A stretch of 42,206 nucleotides of DNA from Sulfurospirillum sp. (GTDB lineage Bacteria > Campylobacterota > Campylobacteria > Campylobacterales > Sulfurospirillaceae). This document shows, piece by piece, positions 7,656 through 15,451 of this stretch. The DNA lies in NCBI GenBank assembly GCA_045047115.1, contig JASFYR010000029.1:1-42206 (forward strand). The letters run 5' to 3'. Numbering within the stretch: position 1 is the first letter of the stretch; each line of letters starts with the position of its first letter. The notes beneath the pieces were generated by a model, which was given only the letters and a program-made list of their open reading frames with translations, had not been told where the DNA came from and did not search any database. The position numbers and the translations under genes were made by a program.

Positions 7656-8921
7656 TTAATTACTCCCCTGATTAAATTTAATTCCAAGCCAAAAAATACG
7701 AACTGATAAAAACAAAAATACAAAACTAAATATTAAATACAAAATAGGCTTAAAAATAGAAAAAGAAGGGCATAAATCAATATTAATAGTTTTGCCAAAA
7801 GCTGTACTAGTAAAAGAAGGATCAACACCAGAAGGTAAAGAAAAATCTGATTCAGAGAAACCATTTTCATATATACTTATATAATTATCAAACTGTTCTG
7901 TAATAGTAGATAAATCAGTTTGCACATTATTATAAAAATCAGTAATAGAACCAAATCCCAAATCACCCATAAAAGAATCACCTGAAATAGTATCTTTTAA
8001 ACCGTCAATTTTATTTCCAAGAGAATCAAAACCATTTTGATTAACAGATTTTAAAGATTGTAAATTACTATTTATCAAATTATTATTATTATTAACAGCT
8101 TTTAAAGAACTATCAATACTAGATAACTTAGAATTCGTTGATGACTGAATTAGTCCCAAATTATCAAGTTTTTGCCCTAAAAAATTTGTATTTTGTGCTA
8201 TCATTTTGTCAGTTTGTTTTATTATAGTTAAAGATACATTATTAATAGCATCTACATTTGTCCTTCCAACAACTCCAACTGATGAATTATCATCTAAATT
8301 ATTCTGAGTAGGAGTAAATGACAAATTATCATCTTGAATATCTCCAGTAAAATTATTATCAGCTAAAACAATATTAGAACGCTCTTGATAAGAAATAAAA
8401 GAAATACCATTAATACAAGTCATTATATTTGAATCATATTCAATATTATCAATTGTAACAATGGTAGAAATATAAGGAGCATATTTCAATGTAGAGCCAA
8501 TAGATTCACAATTTGTTTGAGCATCTTGCATATAATCTCCAGATGTAGCATTTGTACAATTACCATCGGATAAAAGCATATTATTAACTCCAGGACAATC
8601 AGAATTTGAGGGAGGAGGAGCAATAGAAGAAGTTAAGACACAAGTAACATTTCGAACTTTATAAGAACCAGCTTGACAAACTACATATGAAGGATCAGTA
8701 ATTTTAGATTCATCAGGTCCTTTTAGGACAGTTCCCCAATAATTATTTGAAGAATCGTGAACAGAAGAAAAAGAAACCATAGTATAAGAAACAAAATGAT
8801 TACCATCCCACCAATCAAAAGTAGTACCAACAGAAGGACAACCGTCAGGCTTATGAAGAACAGTAGTATCAGCAAAGAGAGAAAAAAATAAAAATGAGAA
8901 AATCAAAAAAAATTTTAACAT
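7656..8921 (-). CDS. pIII-like adsorption protein
   Basis: Signal peptide, Cys-rich N-domains, N/D/S-rich linker and coil, DLCP motif and C-terminal TM. Syntenic position. Confidence 0.8.
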   Translation of the reverse strand: MLKFFLIFSFLFFSLFADTTVLHKPDGCPSVGTTFDWWDGNHFVSYTMVSFSSVHDSSNNYWGTVLKGPDESKITDPSYVVCQAGSYKVRNVTCVLTSSIAPPPSNSDCPGVNNMLLSDGNCTNATSGDYMQDAQTNCESIGSTLKYAPYISTIVTIDNIEYDSNIMTCINGISFISYQERSNIVLADNNFTGDIQDDNLSFTPTQNNLDDNSSVGVVGRTNVDAINNVSLTIIKQTDKMIAQNTNFLGQKLDNLGLIQSSTNSKLSSIDSSLKAVNNNNNLINSNLQSLKSVNQNGFDSLGNKIDGLKDTISGDSFMGDLGFGSITDFYNNVQTDLSTITEQFDNYISIYENGFSESDFSLPSGVDPSFTSTAFGKTINIDLCPSFSIFKPILYLIFSFVFLFLSVRIFWLGIKFNQGSN

Positions 8922-8922
8922 A

Positions 8923-9039
8923 CTAATTTCTCGCTAAACTTATAGCCGCAAAAGCAGGAATAAGAACTAAAGATACATTTACAAAAATTGAAATAAAAAA
9001 ATTAAATGCAGGGTCAGTTGTAAAAATGTAAATATCCAT
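8923..9039 (-). CDS. Small single-TM minor coat candidate (38 aa), not in the ORF track
   Basis: AGGAG RBS at 9046-9050; MDIYIFTTDPAFNFFISIFVNVSLVLIPAFAAISLARN*. Confidence 0.75.
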   Translation of the reverse strand: MDIYIFTTDPAFNFFISIFVNVSLVLIPAFAAISLARN

Positions 9040-9048
9040 AATATACTC

Positions 9049-9423
9049 CTATTTTTTTGATACCAAAATAACTATATAAACCCCAAAAAAGAGGAACAAA
9101 AAACCGATAAGCAAACCTGAAAAAGAGAGTAAATATCTGTAATTTTCAGCACTCAAACCAAGATAGATAGCTTGCTCAGGAATATAACAATTATCTTTAT
9201 CAGAATCATAAATAAAACCGGGATAAAGATATTTATAATAGTTGTTAGTTGTAGTTCGATGCCAAGTGTCATTATCATCTTTGCTGTAATGATAATAAAA
9301 AGTACCGCTTTCAAAATAAAAATCATTTACGCATTTATCATTCTTGCCATAAAGATAATCAGCGTTTAAAGATTGTGTAAATAAAAAAAGAAAACTAAGA
9401 ATTTTTAGATATTTTAAGAGCAT
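9049..9423 (-). CDS. Exported, C-terminally anchored phage protein (about 124 aa)
   Basis: Signal peptide ending SLNA, a two-Cys aromatic-rich domain and a C-terminal TM. ATG 9423 preferred over 9450. Confidence 0.65.
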   Translation of the reverse strand: MLLKYLKILSFLFLFTQSLNADYLYGKNDKCVNDFYFESGTFYYHYSKDDNDTWHRTTTNNYYKYLYPGFIYDSDKDNCYIPEQAIYLGLSAENYRYLLSFSGLLIGFLFLFFGVYIVILVSKK

Positions 9424-9505
9424 AAGCGACACCCCATAAAGTAGAAACAAATACTAAGAAGATAGACATTAATTGCAAAAAAATATCATAATTAATCGAA
9501 AACAT
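9395..9505 (-). CDS. Small single-TM minor coat candidate (36 aa), not in the ORF track
   Basis: AAGGA RBS; MFSINYDIFLQLMSIFLVFVSTLWGVAYALKISKNS*. Confidence 0.7.
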   Translation of the reverse strand: MFSINYDIFLQLMSIFLVFVSTLWGVAYALKISKNS

Positions 9506-9523
9506 CTAAAAATCCTTAAAATT

Positions 9524-9543
9524 AAAAGGGGAGAAACTCCCCT
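9524..9543 (-). terminator. Intrinsic terminator after the major coat gene
   Basis: AGGGGAG-TTT-CTCCCCT followed by a T run on the minus strand. Confidence 0.6.
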
Positions 9544-9576
9544 AAAAGCGAATGGTGAAAAGCACCAAAACTAAAA

Positions 9577-9699
9577 CTAACCTCTATTACCCATAGAGAT
9601 AGCTTTCTTAACACCCCAGATAGTAGCAACAGCGGCAAGCACCAAAGCACCAACGCTAAGCACATCAGCGGTATTAAAAGCAACGCCTGTCAAATCCAT
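9577..9699 (-). CDS. Major coat protein (pVIII-like, 40 aa, no signal peptide), not in the ORF track
   Basis: Strong AAGGAG RBS; MDLTGVAFNTADVLSVGALVLAAVATIWGVKKAISMGNRG* has an acidic N-terminus, Ala/Val TM and basic C-terminus. Confidence 0.88.
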   Translation of the reverse strand: MDLTGVAFNTADVLSVGALVLAAVATIWGVKKAISMGNRG

Positions 9700-9782
9700 T
9701 ATGGACTCCTTTTTTTATGTAGTAGATGAAACTCATCCCTATCAAAGGCACTAATAAAAAGAGTGCCTTTTGTAGGAGGAAT

Positions 9783-10100
9783 TTATTTTTTTATCTGTTC
9801 AAGTGGGTTTTTATCGAAAACTTGAAAAGATAGATTATCGTCGGGGAATGTATATGTTCCGCTCTTTGCTGATATAGTCATATAGGGGACTACTATATAC
9901 TTTCCTTTGGTTTGTTGTAATGCACCTAATAGGTCTATTGGAAAAGATATGTTTTCAGTAGATTTAACGGTGTAGTTGTCATTATCGATTGTCTCAAATG
10001 TAGCAGTTAATTGAGAACTCATATTTACTTGACCAGTTGTTTTGTCTTTGCGAGAGATTGGACGGACTTCGTCAACTTTGCCTATAAAGAATGTTGTCAT
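9783..10100 (-). CDS. ssDNA-binding protein (pV-like), putative
   Basis: 105-aa beta-rich protein immediately upstream of the coat gene, with an AAGGAG RBS at 10109-10114. Confidence 0.65.
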   Translation of the reverse strand: MTTFFIGKVDEVRPISRKDKTTGQVNMSSQLTATFETIDNDNYTVKSTENISFPIDLLGALQQTKGKYIVVPYMTISAKSGTYTFPDDNLSFQVFDKNPLEQIKK

Positions 10101-10114
10101 AATATTGACTCCTT

Positions 10115-10187
10115 CCCTGAAAAAGAATTTCCCTCTTTAAGTTCAGGGCAAAAAGAGGGGAGTAGTTTTAAGACTTGCTCGGGTCTT
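10115..10187 (-). promoter_or_regulatory. Putative tandem H-type pseudoknot leader of the ssb gene
   Basis: Interleaved stems AAGAC/GTCTT with GAGCA/TACTC, then CCCTCTTT/AAAGAGGG with CCCTGAA/TTCAGGG abutting the RBS. Confidence 0.55.
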
Positions 10188-10267
10188 GTTTTTTAGCATT
10201 TTTAGTAAAAACAAAAAAATGTTATAATTAAAGGTTAGTTATGGATTTACACCCATAAAAAATATAA

Positions 10268-10350
10268 ATGCTTAATAATTTAGCATTTATATAAAAGAAT
10301 GATAAAACAATAAAGCTTAAAAAGAAATAAATATGCTTAATAATTTAGCA
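10268..10350. promoter_or_regulatory. Two identical operator-like sites ATGCTTAATAATTTAGCA
   Basis: 18-bp exact copies at 10268-10285 and 10333-10350 (TGCT-N9-AGCA dyad) in the divergent intergenic region. Confidence 0.7.
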
Positions 10351-10372
10351 ATAAAACAAAATAGGCAAAAAA

Positions 10373-10576
10373 ATGAATAGAATAGAATTAGCAGAATTAC
10401 TAAAAGTTAATAGAAATACTCTTACAAACTGGGAAAAAGAAAAACCTGAACTAATAAGGCTAATAAATCAAGGTCTTGCTCTTGATGAACAAATAGAGGA
10501 AGTAGAAAGACATCTTGAAAAACTAAAAGAAATAAAAAACAAAGCAAAATCAAAAAAAATAAGATTAATAAAATAA
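10373..10576 (+). CDS. HTH transcriptional repressor (XRE/Cro-like)
   Basis: ELAELLKVNRNTLTNWEK helix-turn-helix; divergent from the structural operon. Confidence 0.8.
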   Translation: MNRIELAELLKVNRNTLTNWEKEKPELIRLINQGLALDEQIEEVERHLEKLKEIKNKAKSKKIRLIK

Positions 10577-11256
10577 TGAGTAATTTTATAATAATAACAA
10601 TTATAATTTTGATAATTCTATTAGTAAAAGATTTAGAAAAACAAAATAAAAAGAGAAAAAGACCAAAAAAAAGAGAAAAAACAATAGAAGAAATACAAGA
10701 AGAACTATATCAAAAAGAAAAAAAAAGAGAAAAAGCAGACAGAGAAAGAGAGAAAAAGCAAAAAGAGTGCAAAGATAAAAATACAAAAACAAAATATAGT
10801 CCATATAGTATATATAAACAAACAACAAAAGAAGAGAAAAAAAAGATTTTTGAAGAAAATAGAAAAAAAAGATACAGAGAATTTATGAAAAAAAATATAA
10901 AAAAAGGAAAAGAGTACGAATTAAAAATTGGTAAATTTTATGAAGAGGGAAAATACATAGTAAGCTATAACGGAATTGGAAGAAAAAAAGAAGACGGAGG
11001 AATTGACCTTATAGCAAAAAAAAATAATGAAATATTACTAATACAATGTAAAAATTGGAAGGGAAAAAATAAAATAAGTCAAAAAGAATTAAGAATATTT
11101 ATAGGAGATTGCCAAATTTATATAGAAAAAAACAATCTATCAAATAAACAAATAAGAAAAATATTTATAATGTCAAATGAAAATATAGACTATGGAGCAA
11201 AAAAATACCTAAAAGAAAACAAAAAACATATTGAATATAAAATAATACCAGAATAA
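10576..11256 (+). CDS. Membrane-anchored Mrr-like PD-(D/E)xK endonuclease
   Basis: N-terminal TM, charged linker, then GKEYE...DGGIDL...LIQCKNW Mrr catalytic motifs. Confidence 0.8.
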   Translation: MSNFIIITIIILIILLVKDLEKQNKKRKRPKKREKTIEEIQEELYQKEKKREKADREREKKQKECKDKNTKTKYSPYSIYKQTTKEEKKKIFEENRKKRYREFMKKNIKKGKEYELKIGKFYEEGKYIVSYNGIGRKKEDGGIDLIAKKNNEILLIQCKNWKGKNKISQKELRIFIGDCQIYIEKNNLSNKQIRKIFIMSNENIDYGAKKYLKENKKHIEYKIIPE

Positions 11257-11415
11257 TAAGAAAATGATATTTTTAAATGAGAAAGAAAAAAAAGAAATAT
11301 TGAGTTATATAGAAGCTACATATAAAATATAGATATTTGATAGTAAATTGTGAATTAAGAGTGTATTTATTGAGGGAAAATGAAAGTGGCTAATAACTTT
11401 TTATATATAGCCAAG

Positions 11416-11466
11416 AGGAATTTATGATATTTTTGCTCATGCCTCGCAAAAATATCATAAATTCCT
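11416..11466. repeat. Perfect 21-bp inverted repeat (candidate packaging signal or origin hairpin)
   Basis: AGGAATTTATGATATTTTTGC-N9-GCAAAAATATCATAAATTCCT. Confidence 0.8.
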
Positions 11467-12094
11467 TGTGTAGTCGCTCCGCTCCAAAGTAAGAGTAGAA
11501 GTCATCAGGGGAGTGACTAAGTCCCCTAATTTGCTCCTAGTACAATCTAATTACTAAGAATATAGATATAACTAAGAGCACGACTACTACTCTATGATTA
11601 AACAAAGTTTATCTTTTGTTATGACACTCCCACCCACTCCACGCGATTTTTAAAGCAAAAAAAAAGGACTAAGGCAGTCAAACCCTAGTCCTTTGCGTCA
11701 CTAATTGGATAGTCAATCCAATAAAGATAAACAAATCAATTTACTCAATCTGACGCCCTATCGGTTGTCGTTTTAAAAAAGAAGTAGCTAAACAACAAGG
11801 CTCTAAGAACATCAATTCAAGCTTTTTTAAAAGAAAATAATCGGGCAAATGGCTATTAATGTAAGTAAAAGATGAAAAATGCAAAAAAAAAGTAAATAAT
11901 TCAAATACAGAATAAAGACAGCTGTTTAGGTAGGAGTTGAAAGTATGGTTTTTAATCTTTACATGTAAAGGGTGGCAAAGTTCCATTGTAGTTATACCAT
12001 TAACTTTAGGAGGACGCTATAAGTAGCTTATTTACTTCACGAGATACTTAATAACAAAGTTATTATCTCTTATACCTGCGGTGCTAAGAAATTA

Positions 12095-12352
12095 TTAAAA
12101 ACGAGGATATACAGAAAACAAACTAAGAATAGTATAACTACAAACTTTTTTAGTTCGTTTAAATCTGATAGTAGGAATATATGCAGTTCTTGAATTGAAG
12201 TTAAAAAAGAACAGCACAGAGAATAGAAATGAAAGTACTGGAGCAAAGAAAATATCAAGCTTAGTTTTAAGAACAGATACACACTCACTCTTATATGCAG
12301 AGTAAAGATAATCTTTAGAAGTTGCAACAAATAACTTTAATTGAATTTTCAT
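12095..12352 (-). CDS. Hypothetical phage protein (85 aa, one hydrophobic segment)
   Basis: AAGGAG RBS 5 nt before the ATG and a TATAAT at 12381-12386 on the minus strand. Confidence 0.45.
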   Translation of the reverse strand: MKIQLKLFVATSKDYLYSAYKSECVSVLKTKLDIFFAPVLSFLFSVLFFFNFNSRTAYIPTIRFKRTKKVCSYTILSLFSVYPRF

Positions 12353-12591
12353 CTAATCTCCTTTCTTTTTCTCTATATATATTATAACCTTAAAGTACTT
12401 AATACCACCTTAAATAGGTACTTTAAGGCACTTGTTTTGTTAAATAATTGATGTTTTTTAGTAGTTTTCTTAAATTAATTCTATAAATAATTATTTCAAT
12501 CGGGTCAGTTGTTTTTGGTTGTTTTTGATAGTGCATATATGTAAGTACTTTTTGTTTAAGCAAAAATAAAAAGTGGTTTACTACACACATA

Positions 12592-12657
12592 CTTCAAACC
12601 CGATGTCTGGGCGGTTGACCGTCTGGAGGTAGGTTCGATTCCTACACCTTCTCGCCA
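12592..12657 (+). repeat. attR core (duplicated 3' part of selC)
   Basis: 66/66 identical to 316-381; lacks the 5' half of the tRNA. Confidence 0.97.
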
Positions 12658-12758
12658 CTCTCCTTATAGTCTCAAGCGTTTTTGCAAAAAATTATGATTT
12701 AATCCTATACTTATCACTTTTCAGCACCTATTAATTCTTATGTATATATAATCTTTTT

Positions 12759-13628
12759 ATGAAAAAAGGTGTTGCTCTTCTTATTACTATAGGGTTTGTT
12801 GCTGTTTTGACGGCTTTGATTGCATATATATTTTCTCTCACAAATGTTGTTTTTGACAAAGTGGACAATCTTCACAAAAGAGATCAAAGCAGTGTGATAT
12901 TCAGCGATGTTAAAAAGATTTTAGATAGTTATGCCGGCGATATTGAGAATAGCAATGATTTTTCGACTTTCCTTTTAGGGGTACCTCCATTTTACGAGTC
13001 TTCAAGTGGATTGGGGCTTGATGTCAAGATGAGTCCGTTAAGTGATAAGATAAATATAAACTCTATACTCACGGGTAAAAAGCCGGATAAAAATATAGTG
13101 CATTTTTTACAAAATATTTGCGAAACTTACAATATATTAGATGCGAGTTTTTTTATTTCATTGGTGTTGGATACTATCGATAAAGATACACTTGAGAGAC
13201 AGGCTTTAAGTGAAATTTCCCTTCACGATTTAAAGTACTCAAATGGTAGAATTTACAGTAAAAAACAGTTTGAAACTTTAGAAAAATATTACGCAGATGT
13301 TGTTCAGGATAAAAATATCTTTAGCGTTCCGTGGGATAGGTTTGTATATTTTGGAGGCAAAAATTCCGGTATAGTTGATTGCGACAGGATGAGCAAAGAG
13401 ATGATTTATATCTTGGGTTTAGATAGTGAAAATTTTACAGGATGTGATGATTTAAAAGACAAAGAGAGCAAGAAAATAGCGACAAAATATAACTTAAAAA
13501 AGTTTAGTAAAGAAAATAATTATTATATTTTAGTTAAAATCTTCTATCAGATAAATTCCATAAAAGATAGAGCGTCTTTTATCTATGATATAAAAACAAA
13601 GAGGGCAAGCAATTTTGAGCTTTTTTAA
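12759..13628 (+). CDS. Type II secretion GspK-like minor pseudopilin
   Basis: MKKG|VALLITIGFVAVL prepilin-like N-terminus and KININ motif; first gene of the T2SS cluster. Confidence 0.7.
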   Translation: MKKGVALLITIGFVAVLTALIAYIFSLTNVVFDKVDNLHKRDQSSVIFSDVKKILDSYAGDIENSNDFSTFLLGVPPFYESSSGLGLDVKMSPLSDKININSILTGKKPDKNIVHFLQNICETYNILDASFFISLVLDTIDKDTLERQALSEISLHDLKYSNGRIYSKKQFETLEKYYADVVQDKNIFSVPWDRFVYFGGKNSGIVDCDRMSKEMIYILGLDSENFTGCDDLKDKESKKIATKYNLKKFSKENNYYILVKIFYQINSIKDRASFIYDIKTKRASNFELF

Positions 13629-14559
13629 TGGCAGAAAAAAACCTAACTATTTTGTAAGTAAAAATTTCAAAACCAAGCTCTTGGAAAAGTGCAATCTGAT
13701 CCTCTCTCCGGAGTTTTATTGGAGTAAAAAGGTTACGCTAAATCTAAGATATTCTTATGAAGCAAACAAGATGGCTCAGTCTGTATTTGACGGAGTATTG
13801 CCTGATGGAAATTTTAAATATAAAGTGTTTAAAATGGCAAAAAAGGAGTTTATATTTATAGCATATGATGTCTCAAATATACTCAAAGAGCTGGAAGATA
13901 TGGGCATGGATATAAAGATGGTAGATAAAATTTATACCTTGCAAAGCGAATTTTTAAATCGAGATATTGCACTGAAGATTGACGATAAACATGCCATAGT
14001 CGCCAATGATGGGATTATGACATCTGTTCCTTTGAAGCTTTTAAATTCAGGAGTTGAGGTATATATATCTGATGTCTTAAAAGATAAAAAACTCTCTTCA
14101 AACTATATATACTCCAAAAATTTTAAAAAGACAAATCTAGGCTCAAGACAGTCTAACCAAATCATATCGATTTTGTCAGTTTTGGCTTTGATACTGATTT
14201 TTAATCTTTTTAGACTGCAAGAAGGCAGAAACCTACTTCTAGAGCAAAAAAAGAATTTGATAGAAAAATACAATCTTCCACAGACAAGTTTTCAGGTAAA
14301 AAGTATGCAAGATGAACTCTCAGAGATAGACAAACATCAGAGTGATTTGCGAGAAATGATCAAATATGTAGGCAAATTTAAACTCTCAAAAGATGAATTT
14401 TTAAGCTCATTGTCGTATAAAAAATCTCTACTTAAATTTGTGATAAGATTAAAAAACAGCAGAAGAGAAAAAGAGTTTAAAACATATATGTCTAAAAAAT
14501 ATAAAATTCTCAAAGCAGCAAAATCAAATAAAGGTTATATGATAGAGGTTGGACTATGA
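13615..14559 (+). CDS. T2SS GspL-like inner-membrane protein
   Basis: Cytoplasmic domain, single TM and coiled periplasmic part; assigned mainly by synteny. Confidence 0.55.
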   Translation: MSFFNGRKKPNYFVSKNFKTKLLEKCNLILSPEFYWSKKVTLNLRYSYEANKMAQSVFDGVLPDGNFKYKVFKMAKKEFIFIAYDVSNILKELEDMGMDIKMVDKIYTLQSEFLNRDIALKIDDKHAIVANDGIMTSVPLKLLNSGVEVYISDVLKDKKLSSNYIYSKNFKKTNLGSRQSNQIISILSVLALILIFNLFRLQEGRNLLLEQKKNLIEKYNLPQTSFQVKSMQDELSEIDKHQSDLREMIKYVGKFKLSKDEFLSSLSYKKSLLKFVIRLKNSRREKEFKTYMSKKYKILKAAKSNKGYMIEVGL

Positions 14560-14945
14560 GTCGATTTAAGCAGTATATTTTAGTTTTTTTACTGATTTTG
14601 TTGGCATCTCTATCTTTTTATACATACATATCTTCAGACAAGTTAAGAAGAGAAAAAAAGCTCTTTGGAAACTTTAAAGATCAATCCAGCGCACTGATTC
14701 TGCTAAAACAGAAATACAAACAAAATAAAGACTATAAAAAGATATTTGCAAGACTTAGAGCAATCTCAAAACCGAGTAAAGATACAACAATCGGCAATAG
14801 ACATACTTTTTATTTTGAAAACCTGTCTCAAGTCTCCTTGCAGAGATTAAACTCTATACTGTTTAATTCAGGTTTTGTGATTAAGAAACTAGACATCCAA
14901 AAAAGAAGAGACAAAGTATCTCTACATATAGAGGTGAAAATATGA
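14556..14945 (+). CDS. T2SS GspM-like protein
   Basis: N-terminal TM with a small C-domain; synteny. Confidence 0.5.
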   Translation: MSRFKQYILVFLLILLASLSFYTYISSDKLRREKKLFGNFKDQSSALILLKQKYKQNKDYKKIFARLRAISKPSKDTTIGNRHTFYFENLSQVSLQRLNSILFNSGFVIKKLDIQKRRDKVSLHIEVKI

Positions 14946-15451
14946 AAAAAGCTATCATATTTATAGTTTTATCTCTTTTTTGGATAGTTTTACTCTTTCC
15001 AAAATATATACTTTGGGATAAATTTACGCAAATTATGAACAGGCAAAATATCAGCATAATTACTCAAAAAAAAGATGACTTGAGATATAAATTTACCGCA
15101 TCATCCATAAAAGTGTTTTTTCAAAGTGTACAGATTGCAACAATCAAAAAAGCTGAGATGAAGCCTTGGATTTTTTATAATGAGATAGATTTGCAAGATG
15201 CAAAAATAAGTAAAAATCTGCCTCTGTTTAAAGAATTTAAAATCAAAAATCTAAGAGCGATATACTCTATATTCTCACCAAAAAAGATAGAGATAAAAGG
15301 CACTTCAAATCTAGGTAATTTCAGAGCTGAAGTAGATATTTTTAAGCACAAGGGATATATATTGTTTAAAAATATAAATTCTAAAAACAGTGTTGTGAAG
15401 AGTTATTTTAAAAAAACAAAAGAGGGGATGAAGTATGAGCTTGCTTACTAA
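14942..15451 (+). CDS. T2SS GspN-like protein
   Basis: N-terminal TM ending LFPK and a beta-rich domain; synteny. Confidence 0.5.
   Translation: MKKAIIFIVLSLFWIVLLFPKYILWDKFTQIMNRQNISIITQKKDDLRYKFTASSIKVFFQSVQIATIKKAEMKPWIFYNEIDLQDAKISKNLPLFKEFKIKNLRAIYSIFSPKKIEIKGTSNLGNFRAEVDIFKHKGYILFKNINSKNSVVKSYFKKTKEGMKYELAY

Larger units (their letters stand above)
316..12657 (-). mobile_element. Integrated filamentous prophage (inovirus-like), about 12.3 kb
   Basis: att direct repeats, tyrosine integrase, HUH Rep, Zot-like ATPase, secretin, small single-TM coat proteins, SSB and a divergent repressor. Confidence 0.93.

Noticed and set aside
10601..10828. Very hydrophobic 75-aa antisense ORF as a membrane toxin
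   Set aside because: It is the reverse complement of the poly-Lys/Glu linker, so the Phe/Leu richness is a compositional artefact.
11264..11332. Short ORF after the Mrr-like gene
   Set aside because: About 22 codons, no RBS and low-complexity A-rich sequence.
12592..12657. Second tRNA-Sec gene
   Set aside because: It lacks the 5' acceptor strand, D-arm and 5' anticodon stem; it is the att duplication.
284..12657. Selenoprotein (UGA read-through) genes linked to selC
   Set aside because: I found no split ORF with an in-frame TGA followed by a SECIS-like hairpin; the phage simply uses selC as its attachment site.
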